From contig JACRKZ010000064.1 in assembly GCA_016235455.1 (NCBI GenBank), forward strand, positions 1 to 29,926: DNA of 29,926 nucleotides, read 5' to 3'. Below are positions 11,623 through 21,257 of this stretch, piece after piece. How positions within the stretch are numbered: position 1 is the stretch's first letter; every line of letters begins with the position of its first letter. The stretch comes from Armatimonadota bacterium (GTDB taxonomy: Bacteria > Armatimonadota > UBA10988). The translations under genes and the position numbers were made by a program. The notes under the pieces were generated by a model that was given only the letters and a program-made list of their open reading frames with translations, was not told where the DNA came from and ran no database searches.

Positions 11623-11735
11623 TTCCGATGTAGTGAAAGCGCCATTCGGCGTCAGCTGGAATGCCATTTGCTTGGCCCAGGCTGATCGCCCCACGGCCGG
11701 CCAAAGCCGGTGCAACGAACGGGAGGCGCGAACGC

Positions 11736-12476
11736 TCAGTCGCGGTCCTTGGGCGTCAGGTGCCGGTGCAGCTTCCGCGCCTCCAGCGCCTCGCCCAGCA
11801 TCTTGAACCCGTCGGCGGCGGCGTTGATCTTAGTGGCGGCGTCGTTGCGCCAGGTGATGGGCACTTCGGCGATGCGGAAGCCCAGCCGCTGGGCGATGTA
11901 GAGCAGTTCCACATCGAAGCCCCAGCGCTCGATGGTCTGGCGGCTGAAGACCGACTGAATGCACGGCCGCGCAAACGACTTGAAGCCGCATTGCGTGTCG
12001 TGGATGCCGCTCATGACAAAGGCGCGGATGAACACGTTGAAGCAGCGGCCGGCCAGCTCACGGTGCCAGGGCTGATGGACGTCGATGTGGCTGCCGCGAA
12101 TGGCCCGCGAGCCGATGGCGATATCGGCGCCGGCCTCGTGGGCGGCGCGCAGCTTGGTCCAATCGGCGATGTCGACCGACAGGTCGGCATCCGAGAACAG
12201 CACGTAGTCGCCGCGCGCGGCCAGCACACCGCGGCGCACCGAAGCGCCCTTGCCGGCGTTGGGCTCATTGCGCAGCACCTGCGCCGCGGGGAAGCCCTCC
12301 AGCCCGCGCCGGGCGACGTCGGCCGTGTCGTCGGCGCTGCCGTCGTCGACCACGATGATCTCCGCGGTCTGGTCGTAGGCCTCGAGCCACGAGCGCACGC
12401 GCGCCAACGGGGCGCCCAGCCGCGCCGACTCGTTGTAAGCCGGGATGACCACCGAGATGTCGATGCCGTCAGCCAT
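11736..12476 (-). CDS. GT2 glycosyltransferase (dolichyl/polyprenyl-phosphate beta-glucosyltransferase-like)
   Basis: [52 protein letters not shown]. Confidence 0.9.
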   Translation of the reverse strand: MADGIDISVVIPAYNESARLGAPLARVRSWLEAYDQTAEIIVVDDGSADDTADVARRGLEGFPAAQVLRNEPNAGKGASVRRGVLAARGDYVLFSDADLSVDIADWTKLRAAHEAGADIAIGSRAIRGSHIDVHQPWHRELAGRCFNVFIRAFVMSGIHDTQCGFKSFARPCIQSVFSRQTIERWGFDVELLYIAQRLGFRIAEVPITWRNDAATKINAAADGFKMLGEALEARKLHRHLTPKDRD

Positions 12477-13677
12477 CGGACTCCATCACCTCGCGGGCCG
12501 CGGCCAAGGCCGCTGCCGGATCGCTCAGGCGGCCCAGGATCTGCTCGATGCGCAGATGGTCCAGGCACGCTTTGAACCGTGGACCTGGAGTGTACCCCAA
12601 AGTCGTCTGCAGATCATGCCCTGTGACCAGCGGCGGCTGCTGCCAGCGGGGCAGCCATTCGGTCCGCAGCCGCGCCAGCGCCTCGGCCAGCGCGCCGGCG
12701 GTCAGCGTGCCACGTGCCGCGCCGCCGAGCAGAGGCGCGGCCAGGTCGAGCCCCAGCCGATGCAGGCCGAGGGCCAGCTCCTCGGGCGCTGTGCCCCAGG
12801 GCTCGCGCGCCAGGGCCAGCAGACGCTGCTGGGCGCGGCTCAGGGCGAAACGGCGGGTCAGGTCGCGGGCCGTCGGCGCGGTGTCGTCGGCCGGCAACAG
12901 CGCGCCGAAGCGCAGCAGCGCCACGGTCTCGCCCTCATCCAGCCAGGGGCCGAAGTGCGGCTCGGCGCCGACCACCGCCAGGGCCGCCTCAGCCCGCGCC
13001 AGGGTCTCGGCCAGCGGGTCGGGCGCCTCGGGCAGCAGCCAGCCCAGCGTGCCCAAGGCCGCGCAGCGCAGCAACTCGCTCGGCGCGTTACGCAGGGCGA
13101 GCAGGCGCAGCCATTCGGTACGGATGCGTTCGGCTGCCACGCGCGCCAGGCCGGGCAAGGCGGCGCGCATTTGCTGCTGGGTGGCCTCGTCGAGGACCAG
13201 ATCGAGCCCGGCGGCCAGCCGGTGACCGCGCAGCACGCGCAGCGGGTCGGCCGCCATGGCACCGTCGTGGGTGCTGCGCAGCCGGCCGTGGGCCAGGTCG
13301 TCGAGCCCGCCGGTCGGGTCGAGCCAGTGCGGCTCATCGGTCAGCCAGTCGGCCAGCGTGCAGGCCACGGCATTGACGGTGAAGTCGCGCGCGCGCAGGT
13401 CCTCGTCGAGTGTGCCCTGGGGCTCGCAGAAGTCGAGATACTCGCCCGAGCCGTCGCGGGCGACGATGCGGGCGGTGCCGTGGCCGTCATCGAGCAGCAC
13501 GAAGGTGGCGCGCGCCACCCGCGCGAACCAACGCGCGGCCTCGACCGCGTCGGGGACAATGAGGTCGATGTCGGCCGACGGCCGGCCCAGGAGGCGGTCG
13601 CGTACGCAGCCACCCACCACCCACAGGGTGTCGAGCCGGTCCGCGGCGCGCTCGGCCAGCCGCTCGGTGAGCCGCAT
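12469..13677 (-). CDS. Class II tRNA nucleotidyltransferase (probably CC-adding type)
   Basis: VVGGCVRDRLLG..DIDL, EDLRARDFTVNAVA, DPTGGLDDL, ADPLRVLR, AAERIRTE, VTGHDL..LGYTPGP; start at ATG 13677 (or GTG 13683). Confidence 0.88.
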   Translation of the reverse strand: MRLTERLAERAADRLDTLWVVGGCVRDRLLGRPSADIDLIVPDAVEAARWFARVARATFVLLDDGHGTARIVARDGSGEYLDFCEPQGTLDEDLRARDFTVNAVACTLADWLTDEPHWLDPTGGLDDLAHGRLRSTHDGAMAADPLRVLRGHRLAAGLDLVLDEATQQQMRAALPGLARVAAERIRTEWLRLLALRNAPSELLRCAALGTLGWLLPEAPDPLAETLARAEAALAVVGAEPHFGPWLDEGETVALLRFGALLPADDTAPTARDLTRRFALSRAQQRLLALAREPWGTAPEELALGLHRLGLDLAAPLLGGAARGTLTAGALAEALARLRTEWLPRWQQPPLVTGHDLQTTLGYTPGPRFKACLDHLRIEQILGRLSDPAAALAAAREVMESDG

Positions 13678-13682
13678 GGGCA

Positions 13683-15068
13683 CTAGCTTTTCTTGCCGCC
13701 CAGCGTGCCCAGCAGGTTGAGCATGGCCGACGACGTGGCCGTGGCGCACTTGGCGTAGAGGCGGTCGGCGCCGACGGCGAGCCACACGTGGCGCACGCCC
13801 TTGGTCGTCGCGCGGCAGACACAGCCGCAGCCCTTGACCAGGTAGAACGCGGCCAGCTTGAGCAAGCCGACCTTGGCCTCGGCCTGCGCCTTGGCCCACG
13901 GCATGGCGCCGATGGGCTCACGCGCGGCCAGCCGCTCGATGCCGGCGTTCTTGAGATACTCGTCGAGCTCGTAGCCGAACTCGCGCTGGATGGTGGGGTT
14001 GCGGTCGGTGACGGCCAACGTGTTGTTGCCGCCGGCGCCCACGGTGGCCTGCCAGCGCGGGCCGTCGGCCTCGTCGACGACCGCGGCCAGCGCTGTCGCG
14101 GCAGTCTTGGCCTCACCGGCCAGGAAACCGTCGGCCGTGGTCATCAGGTCGGTCAGGCTGCGGCGGCCGGACTCATACAGCGCCTGGGTCTTGGTCAGGT
14201 CGCCGGCGCCGACACTGGCCGTGGCCAGGTTGACGAAACGGACGGTCTTGCCAGCCAACGCCGGATCGGCGGTGTGCGGGTCGAAGGCATCGGCCGCGGC
14301 CACCGACAGCGTCTGGAGCAGGCCGGCGGCGAAGCTCTGACCGGCATAGTCGCAGACCAGGCTGAAGCCATCGGCATACTCAAGCCCGGCATGGAGCCAG
14401 AGCACGCGCTCGACGCCCGGCTGAGCCGCCGCCACGGCCAAGGCGCGGCGCGCGCGCAGCGAGCCGTCGACCAGGCAGTAGTAATCGAGGCTGACCGGCG
14501 CAAACAGGCCCGGCACGCCCATGCTGGCGCGTACGGCGGTGGCTACGTTGACCCGTGCCAGGTCGGCCTCGGTGCGAGCGAACGTGGTGTAGGCCGCATC
14601 CTCGCCCAGGCTGTCGCGCGTCTCGTTGCCGAACACCATGGCGTCGCCGGTGTTCAGCTCGGTGGCCACGACGAACAACGGGATGGCCGTGTGCTGGAAG
14701 CCCTTGTTGCCCAGCAGCGTGCCGCGCAGCGCGCCGAACAGCGCCTCGCCGCGCACGAACCCGGAGACCTCGTGCGGCCGGCTGGCCAGGTTGCGCAGCG
14801 CGCCGAAATCGATGTCGGCCAGCTCCTGCCAGGAATTGGCGCTGACCAGGCCGTACAGCGCCTCACGTGCCGGACCCGCCTCGCCCCCGGCGGCGTAGAG
14901 CGATGCAGCCAAGGCGCCGCCCGACGCACCGACCAGCAGGTCGGGCTTCTGGCCGGCCGCCTCGAGCGCTTCCAACGCGCCCAGCAGCGCCGCCGCGTGA
15001 CCGGCGGCGCCCGTCACCACCACCGCCAGCTTACCGTTGGCCTGAGTCGTCTTCTTCGCGGTCGGCAT
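13683..15068 (-). CDS. Patatin-like phospholipase family protein with C-terminal extension
   Basis: GASGGA (GxSxG), VVATELNTG, VRASMGVPGLFAPV, LVDGS; SD GGGAG before ATG 15068. Confidence 0.8.
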   Translation of the reverse strand: MPTAKKTTQANGKLAVVVTGAAGHAAALLGALEALEAAGQKPDLLVGASGGALAASLYAAGGEAGPAREALYGLVSANSWQELADIDFGALRNLASRPHEVSGFVRGEALFGALRGTLLGNKGFQHTAIPLFVVATELNTGDAMVFGNETRDSLGEDAAYTTFARTEADLARVNVATAVRASMGVPGLFAPVSLDYYCLVDGSLRARRALAVAAAQPGVERVLWLHAGLEYADGFSLVCDYAGQSFAAGLLQTLSVAAADAFDPHTADPALAGKTVRFVNLATASVGAGDLTKTQALYESGRRSLTDLMTTADGFLAGEAKTAATALAAVVDEADGPRWQATVGAGGNNTLAVTDRNPTIQREFGYELDEYLKNAGIERLAAREPIGAMPWAKAQAEAKVGLLKLAAFYLVKGCGCVCRATTKGVRHVWLAVGADRLYAKCATATSSAMLNLLGTLGGKKS

Positions 15069-15107
15069 CGTCCGTCTCCCGGATTCTCGGAGCATTCTGG
15101 GATTCGC

Positions 15108-15136
15108 AGTCTACCCTAGCCCCAAGGCGGTGTCAA
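15108..15136 (-). promoter_or_regulatory. Near-consensus sigma70 promoter for the patatin-NTase-GT2 operon
   Basis: TTGACA (15136-15131), 17 nt, TAGACT (15113-15108). Confidence 0.75.
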
Positions 15137-15203
15137 CGGCGCGGCGGCGCGCTGCGCGCGCGGCGGAGGGCGTCGGGCGTGGGGCGTGTGAAGGCGTACA
15201 GCT

Positions 15204-17654
15204 TCACTTCGCGGTCACCCGATAGACGCCGCCGGCCGTCGTGGCGAACTCGAAGATGCCGTCGGCAGGGCCGGTGGCCCGCACTTCGGCGCCCGCGGCG
15301 TCGGTCACCCGCAGCCCGTCGGGCCACGGTGAGTAGAGCCGGCAGGGGCCGCCCCGCTCGCTACGCACCGCCACCGGGCCGACGACGCCGTGGGTGATGC
15401 CGGCGCTGACCAGGAAGGCGCCTTCGGCGCGGAAGGTGGCAAAGCTCGCGTCGTGGCTGGCGGGCCAGCCGGGGAACAGCCGCAGCACGCCGCCGTAGCT
15501 CTGCAGCATCATCTCCTGTAGCGGCGCAACGATGCCCAGCGTTTCGGTCCAGGCGCCCGAATGACCGTAGTCGGCCAGCGCCATGGCCCAGACCAGGCCG
15601 TTGGGATGGCGCCAGCGCTCGACGATGTGGCGCAGGCCGCGGTACCCGCGCTCGGGGCCGAACTCACCGCCGCGCAGCACGCCCATGGCGACGATGGGGT
15701 ACTGCCCGGCATACCACTCGTCGAGCCATTCGGTGGGCTTGGGCCACAGGGCGTCCTCGGGTCCGCGGTTGGGCGCGACATAGGGCCGGCCGTCGGCGAA
15801 CTCGGGCGGGTTGGTCTCGGCGAACAGCCGGCGCACGCCGTCGAGCTTGACCGGCGGCTTGCCGTCGTCGCCGGCGCACTTCTCCAGGCGTTCAGTCCAG
15901 CCGGCGCGCAACTCGGGGTCGACGCCGAGCACCTCGGCGGCGGCGGCGGCCACGCGCAGGCAGTAGCGTGCATGGCGCATGACCTGCGGCCGATCGGTGT
16001 AGTCCTTGGGGTCGCCGGTGAAGCCGTCCTCGCCCTGGTTGGAGGGGAAGATGTGGTACAGCCCGTCGTCGCCGCGCTGCATGAAGTCCAGGTAGAACAG
16101 ACCCAGGTCGCGCAGCGCGGGATAGCCCGTGCTGGCCAGCCACTCACGGTCGAGCGTCACGCGGTAGCGGTTCCAGTAGTTGGCCGCGCACCAGCCGGTC
16201 ATGTAGGCCATGCGACCCATGGGCACCGCGCCGAGCGGGTCGTCGATGGCCTTGATCGGGTAGTTGGTGAGCTGGATGAACGCGCCGCGCGTGCCGTAGT
16301 ACCGGCTGGCAATGAGCCGGCCGGCCTGGAGCATGTAGTCCATGCCGGTGAAGAAGGCATCGCCCATGGCCACCTGGTTGGCGGTGTAGTCGGCGTAGAA
16401 CGGCTGCTGGTAGTTGTAGTTGGTGTGCCAGTCGCCGTGCCAGTGCGAGTAGTCCTGCACGGTGCTGGGCAGGAACAGGCCGGGCGGCAGCTTGCCCGGC
16501 GCGTTGGTGCAGCGCCGCGCGTGCAGCGTGTCGTACCACAGCGACTGCAGCAGCGGGTCGTCGATGGTCACCGACGACCGTGCCCAGAACTCGGCGGCCG
16601 CGGCGCGCGTGGCCGCGCGATACTCGTCCAGCGTGGCTTCGGCGGTCAGCTTGGGTGTCAGCCGCGCCAGTTCGGCCTCGGCGCCGCCGGCATCGCTCTC
16701 GGTGGGCACGGCTACGGCCAACCAGCCGCTGGTGGTCTCCTTGGCGGCATCACAGCGCAGCCGCGCCTCGCCCGAGGCGCCCAGATCCACCGGCTGCGGC
16801 TGCCAGCCGGCTGAGCAGAACGGGGCCAGCAGGTAGCGGAAGCCTTGGGTGAAGGTCGGCTCACCGTGGAACGTCTGCTCGATGACCGGCCGGTCGGCGA
16901 TGCGCTTGACCGTCGGCGGCGGCAGAGGCGTGCATTTGGCGTGATCAAACACCAGGAACTCGCCATGACGCGAGTCGGCGGCGAAGCGCTGGCCATACTC
17001 GCGCGTGGTCGGGTCGCGCCAGCGATAGACCGCGGGCCACACCGGCGGGTAGAGGTGGCCCATGCGCGTCGTCTCGGACCAGCCTTCGACGCTCCAGCGC
17101 AGCACCAGCACGTTGGGGCTGGGCGGGATGTAGGCCTCGATGCGCACGACGAAGCCCAGCGGCCAGGTGCAGGTAGTGCGCAGAATGCCTTCCTCGAAGG
17201 CCAGTTCATGGCGCACCGTGAGGCCGGGCAGGTCGGGCGGCAGTTGCAGGCTGACCTCGCCGGTGGGCTTGGGGCAGGGATAGGGGCGCTTGGTGTAGCT
17301 GGCCGGCGCGCCGCTACAGATCTCCTTCATGCGCTGGGGGTCCTTGGTGCCCCGCAACGCCACCGGCACGCCGTCGCCATAGGGCGAGCACTTCCAGCCC
17401 TCGTCGCGAATGCCGCGGGCAATCTCGCTGATGTGGGGCGGCTTGGGGTCGTCGGCGGTGTCGAGCCGGCGGTCCCAGACGTCGCCTTTGCCCAGCCGGT
17501 AGACCAGCTTGTCGCGCGTCTGGTAGACGCTCACCGACAGATCGCCATTGCCCAGCAGCGGCCCGTCCTCGGCGTCGAGGACGGGCTGGTCGATCACTTG
17601 CACGTGCGCTGCCGGTGCGCAGAGCAGCGTGGCCAGCAGACAGCCCCAGAGCAT
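15204..17654 (-). CDS. Secreted GH95-like (alpha/alpha)6 glycoside hydrolase
   Basis: Signal peptide; LLGNGDL, WHGDWHTNYNYQQ, YPALR, EMMLQSYGGVLRLFPGWP..ASFATFRAEGAFLVSA. Confidence 0.75.
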   Translation of the reverse strand: MLWGCLLATLLCAPAAHVQVIDQPVLDAEDGPLLGNGDLSVSVYQTRDKLVYRLGKGDVWDRRLDTADDPKPPHISEIARGIRDEGWKCSPYGDGVPVALRGTKDPQRMKEICSGAPASYTKRPYPCPKPTGEVSLQLPPDLPGLTVRHELAFEEGILRTTCTWPLGFVVRIEAYIPPSPNVLVLRWSVEGWSETTRMGHLYPPVWPAVYRWRDPTTREYGQRFAADSRHGEFLVFDHAKCTPLPPPTVKRIADRPVIEQTFHGEPTFTQGFRYLLAPFCSAGWQPQPVDLGASGEARLRCDAAKETTSGWLAVAVPTESDAGGAEAELARLTPKLTAEATLDEYRAATRAAAAEFWARSSVTIDDPLLQSLWYDTLHARRCTNAPGKLPPGLFLPSTVQDYSHWHGDWHTNYNYQQPFYADYTANQVAMGDAFFTGMDYMLQAGRLIASRYYGTRGAFIQLTNYPIKAIDDPLGAVPMGRMAYMTGWCAANYWNRYRVTLDREWLASTGYPALRDLGLFYLDFMQRGDDGLYHIFPSNQGEDGFTGDPKDYTDRPQVMRHARYCLRVAAAAAEVLGVDPELRAGWTERLEKCAGDDGKPPVKLDGVRRLFAETNPPEFADGRPYVAPNRGPEDALWPKPTEWLDEWYAGQYPIVAMGVLRGGEFGPERGYRGLRHIVERWRHPNGLVWAMALADYGHSGAWTETLGIVAPLQEMMLQSYGGVLRLFPGWPASHDASFATFRAEGAFLVSAGITHGVVGPVAVRSERGGPCRLYSPWPDGLRVTDAAGAEVRATGPADGIFEFATTAGGVYRVTAK

Positions 17655-17696
17655 GAGCGGTACTCCCTCGTCTGGTAGACGCGGCGCAAGCCTAAC

Positions 17697-18359
17697 TCAG
17701 CGCGGCTCGTAGCGGAAGGCGCCGCCGATGTTGGGATAGATGACGTCGTTGCCGCGCATGGACTTGGCATGGCCGTCGCAGAAGGCGAACACGCACTGCT
17801 CGGTATGGCGCAGCACGGGCTTGTCCATGATCGGGTTCATGTAGGCGTCGTTGGTGGTCTCCTGGGTGGCGTTCTCCTCGCCGATCAGGTAGACCGACGC
17901 CGGCCCGACGATGCGGCCCTGCTTCATACCGCCATGCGCGCCGCTGGGCAGCGCCGTGGGGAAGAGCAGCGCATTGACCGCATAGGAGCAGCCTTGATCG
18001 GTGTCGTCCACGGGGCAGACGAAGATCTGCGCGTTCTTGACGTACGGGTAGATGCCGCCCTTGGTCGGGTCCATGTTGCCCTGCACCGGGTTGGCGAAGG
18101 TGGTGTAGTACATCCAGCCGCCATACTTGCCGTTGCCGGTGGTGTTGTCCCAGACCAGCGGCAGGCGCTGGTCGTAGTCCTGGCAGTACATCATGAAGCC
18201 GAGTCCGAGCTGCTTGAGGTTGCTGGTGCAGGAGGTCTGCTCGGCCTTGTCGCGGGCCTTGGCGAAGACCGGGAAGAGGATCGCCGCCAGGATGGCGATG
18301 ATCGCGATGACGACCAGCAGCTCGATCAGGGTGAAAGCGCGGTCCTTGCGTTGAGTCAT
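17697..18359 (-). CDS. Canonical prepilin-type / DUF1559 / H-X9-DG protein (copy 5)
   Basis: SD AAGGAG, ATGA overlap with upstream stop; MTQRKDRA|FTLIELL..., [13 protein letters not shown]. Confidence 0.92.
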   Translation of the reverse strand: MTQRKDRAFTLIELLVVIAIIAILAAILFPVFAKARDKAEQTSCTSNLKQLGLGFMMYCQDYDQRLPLVWDNTTGNGKYGGWMYYTTFANPVQGNMDPTKGGIYPYVKNAQIFVCPVDDTDQGCSYAVNALLFPTALPSGAHGGMKQGRIVGPASVYLIGEENATQETTNDAYMNPIMDKPVLRHTEQCVFAFCDGHAKSMRGNDVIYPNIGGAFRYEPR

Positions 18360-19024
18360 GGGTTTGCTCCTTGGGGCTTGGTTTTCGGCTCCCACATATG
18401 CTTGCCGGGGTTGGTGTACATACAGGAGTGCGTGCTCGAGTTCACCATCCCATCCAGGAAGGCGATCATCGATCCATCCTTGCCGTGGCGCGCCACCGGC
18501 TGCTCGCGATATGGGTCCAGCAGCCCGTCATCGGGCGGGCCGGCCTCGACGATGGTGCGGACCTCGCTCGGCTCCTCGACATTTCTGCGCCTCACGCCGG
18601 CCAGCACGCCGGGGGCGACCTCGCGGGTGAACAGTCGGGCATTGAGCGCGTAGCTGAGGCGGTGGTTGGCAGTGTCGCTCGGGCAGTGCAGCACGGTGCT
18701 GCTACGCAGGTACGGCAGTGCCCAGCCGAAGGGCGGCAAGCTGGCCGACCCGGTGGGCGAGACCAGCGGCAGCGTGTCGTCGTAGTCCTGGGCGTACTGA
18801 CACAGCGCCAGGCCAAGCTGCTTGAGGTTGGACTGGCATGACGATGCGCGACACCGCTCGGTGTTCTGCTGGACGGCGCGGTTGACCAGGGCGACAGTGC
18901 CGATCAGCAGGGCGGCCATTGCCATCGTCAGCATCCACCGCACCATACGCTTGCCGGTGCGCGTGCGCGCGGTCCAGTCGTCAGGCATGGGCGGTGTCCG
19001 AGGTGAGTCGCTGGCCGGGGTCAT
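18356..19024 (-). CDS. DUF1559-like protein lacking prepilin cleavage motif
   Basis: [12 protein letters not shown] (ATG 18988 is an alternative start), TM helix, [30 protein letters not shown]. Confidence 0.8.
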   Translation of the reverse strand: MTPASDSPRTPPMPDDWTARTRTGKRMVRWMLTMAMAALLIGTVALVNRAVQQNTERCRASSCQSNLKQLGLALCQYAQDYDDTLPLVSPTGSASLPPFGWALPYLRSSTVLHCPSDTANHRLSYALNARLFTREVAPGVLAGVRRRNVEEPSEVRTIVEAGPPDDGLLDPYREQPVARHGKDGSMIAFLDGMVNSSTHSCMYTNPGKHMWEPKTKPQGANP

Positions 19025-19740
19025 GGCTGGGCTCCTGTCGCGGTCGGGTTCCAGTTCCAGGGGGCCGTCGGCGGCGCCAACTGATCCATGCGCAGCCGCC
19101 GCACGTGGCCATCGAGGAAGGCCACGATGGTCGAGTCCGGCTCACCGTCAAAGTGCCGCTTGGCGGGCCAGTTGCGCGCCGGATGCAGGAGGCCGTCGGG
19201 CTGGCGGTCGGCCTCGACCAACAGGTAGACCTGGTCTGGCAGGGCCACGGCGCGGCGTGAGACGCCGGCCCATTTGCCCGGTTCCACCTGCGTGGGGAAC
19301 AGCCGCGCGTTGGCGGCGTAGCTGAGGGCGCCGGCGCGAGGGTCGCGTGGGCAATGGAATTCGGTACCGATGGAATGAGTGTAGGCAAACAGCAGTCCCG
19401 TGGCTGCGGTACGAGCGGCATCGGCATCGGCATCGCTCTCGGCGTACTTCACCCAGCCGCCGGGCTTACCCAGACCAGCCGGGCCCGACCAGGCCGTGGG
19501 CAGCTTGCCGTCGTAGTCCTCGGCGTACATCACCATGGCCAGACTCAGTTGCTTTAGGTTCGATGAGCACCACGACGTGTTGCTGGGCTGCGGCTGCACG
19601 AAGAAGATGGACCACGCGGACCGCAGCACCGCGGCACCTGCCAAGATGAGCCCGCCTTTGAGAAGCAGGCTGGCCCACGCCGCCTTACGCGTATGCACGG
19701 CCAAGCCGTCGCGCTTGCAGGTGGCCCAATCGTCAGGCAT
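19021..19740 (-). CDS. DUF1559-like protein with non-canonical leader
   Basis: SD GGGAG, MPDDWATCKRDGLAVHT, TM helix, CSSNLKQLSLAMVMYAEDYDG, RH...VAFLDGH. Confidence 0.8.
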   Translation of the reverse strand: MPDDWATCKRDGLAVHTRKAAWASLLLKGGLILAGAAVLRSAWSIFFVQPQPSNTSWCSSNLKQLSLAMVMYAEDYDGKLPTAWSGPAGLGKPGGWVKYAESDADADAARTAATGLLFAYTHSIGTEFHCPRDPRAGALSYAANARLFPTQVEPGKWAGVSRRAVALPDQVYLLVEADRQPDGLLHPARNWPAKRHFDGEPDSTIVAFLDGHVRRLRMDQLAPPTAPWNWNPTATGAQP

Positions 19741-19885
19741 GACGCCGCTCCCATGCTCCGACGCTGCCCTCGGAAGCCGGGACACCCACCAGTTGTTGGT
19801 CAAGGACGCCTGAGACGCGCCGCCGCTGGGGGCCGACAAGCGGTCGGCGTCCCGGTTTGCGAGGCGAGTCGCCGGCGGTACTCAT
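19733..19885 (-). CDS. Possible 50-aa bridging ORF
   Basis: ATG overlaps the upstream TGA (ATGA); begins MSTAGDSPRKP, similar to [11 protein letters not shown] at 19024; stop overlaps the next start (ATGCCTGA). Confidence 0.35.
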   Translation of the reverse strand: MSTAGDSPRKPGRRPLVGPQRRRVSGVLDQQLVGVPASEGSVGAWERRHA

Positions 19886-20583
19886 GGCTTGGCCTCCGGC
19901 TTGGCGGGCGTCGGGTTCCAGAAGTTGGGCGCCGCGCGGCCGCGCAGTTGCCCCACCGGCAAGGGCATCCAATGACCGTCGAGATAGCCCACCATGGTGC
20001 GGGCATCGTGGCGCCGACGGTGGCGCGCCACGGGCCACTCGCGGTCGGGGTCGAGCAGGCCGTCGTTGCCCGCCCCATGCTCGGTGTCGGCCTCCAGAAT
20101 GGCGTAGACGCTTGCCGGCCAGGCCACGTCGCGCAGCCGGACGCCGGCCAGCACGCCGGGCGCGACCTGCGTCGGATACAGGCGAGCGTTGAGGGCGTAG
20201 CTCAGAGTGCCATCTTCCGTTGGATCGGCCGGGCAGTGCAACGCGAAGCCACGCGGCGGCCGCGAGCCGGGCTCAACCTGGGCGAACTGGTCGTCGGCCC
20301 AGGCGAACCGCGCCGCTCCATCCTTGGCGTTGCGGTCAAACAGCGGCAACCGCTCGTCGTAGTCCTGTGTGTAGCTTAACAACCCGAGGGTCATGACCTT
20401 CATGTGGGTCTGGCAGCCATTCGTCCTGTGGCTGTCGTTCGCATACTCGACAACCAGCACGAACAGCACTCCCATCATCGCCACGCACACGAACGCCGGC
20501 ACCCACTGCACATCGGCCAGACCAGACCGCTTCGAGCGCACCGTCCAGCCGTTCTTCTCGACCGTCTGCCACCACTCACCCAT
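19882..20583 (-). CDS. DUF1559-like protein with non-canonical leader
   Basis: MGEWWQTVEKNGWTVRS (alternative start 20601), TM helix, [24 protein letters not shown]. Confidence 0.8.
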   Translation of the reverse strand: MGEWWQTVEKNGWTVRSKRSGLADVQWVPAFVCVAMMGVLFVLVVEYANDSHRTNGCQTHMKVMTLGLLSYTQDYDERLPLFDRNAKDGAARFAWADDQFAQVEPGSRPPRGFALHCPADPTEDGTLSYALNARLYPTQVAPGVLAGVRLRDVAWPASVYAILEADTEHGAGNDGLLDPDREWPVARHRRRHDARTMVGYLDGHWMPLPVGQLRGRAAPNFWNPTPAKPEAKP

Positions 20584-20597
20584 TCCCCACCCCCCAC

Positions 20598-21245
20598 TCA
20601 TGGCCGCGCGTCCCAGCCGTTCGGCCAGGGCTCGTAGCCTGTCTGTAGCGCATCGCGGCGGAACTGCTTGACATGCCCATCGAGGAAGCCGACGTTGGTC
20701 CTGTCAGGACGCCGATCGGGATGGCGCGCTTGCGGCGGCTCCAGCAGCGGGTGCGCCAGCAGCGCATCGCTCTCGAGCAGCAGGTAGGTCTCGACCGGCT
20801 TGGGTGCGTCGGCCAGACGCGGCGCGGTGCGCAGACCGCCCGGCGTCATCACGCTGTAGAACCGGCTGTTGAGCCCGTAGCTGATGCCGGCCTTGACCTG
20901 CGGGCACACGAACACCTGCGTGCTCTTGAGGTAGGGCTGTAGGGTATCGGGCCACGGCACGCTGGACCGGCGCCAAGACACCGGCGGCAGGTGGTCGTCG
21001 TAGTCCTGCGCGTATTGGATCAGTCCGATGGCGATTTGCTTGAGGTTCGACGGGCAGGCTCGCTCGCTGCCACCGCCTCGTTCACCTTGCCGGGCGAAGA
21101 CGGGAAAGAGCAGCGCCCCCAGGAACGCCACCGAGCCGGCGACGACCGCCAGGCGCAGCAGCAGCAACCAGAGCGGGCCGACGCCGCGGTGTTGGCTATG
21201 CACAGCCCAGCCGAGGCGGTCGTAGAACTCCCAGCGACCCGGCAT
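20598..21245 (-). CDS. DUF1559-like protein with non-canonical leader
   Basis: SD AAGGGGAG; MPGRWEFYDRLGWAVHS, TM ending [39 protein letters not shown]. Confidence 0.83.
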   Translation of the reverse strand: MPGRWEFYDRLGWAVHSQHRGVGPLWLLLLRLAVVAGSVAFLGALLFPVFARQGERGGGSERACPSNLKQIAIGLIQYAQDYDDHLPPVSWRRSSVPWPDTLQPYLKSTQVFVCPQVKAGISYGLNSRFYSVMTPGGLRTAPRLADAPKPVETYLLLESDALLAHPLLEPPQARHPDRRPDRTNVGFLDGHVKQFRRDALQTGYEPWPNGWDARP

Positions 21246-21257
21246 GGCATTCTCCCC

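Noticed and set aside
12469-13899. Upstream-extended starts in the ORF track (13899; also 8436, 9164, 15095, 18395, 19839, 21482, 21737, 23247)
   Set aside because: Extensions overlap neighbouring genes or promoters or lack an SD; downstream starts have better SD or family-typical N-termini
20584-20597. Poly-G tract as a phase-variation switch
   Set aside because: Only G6 + G4; too short in high-GC DNA and likely serves as the SD region
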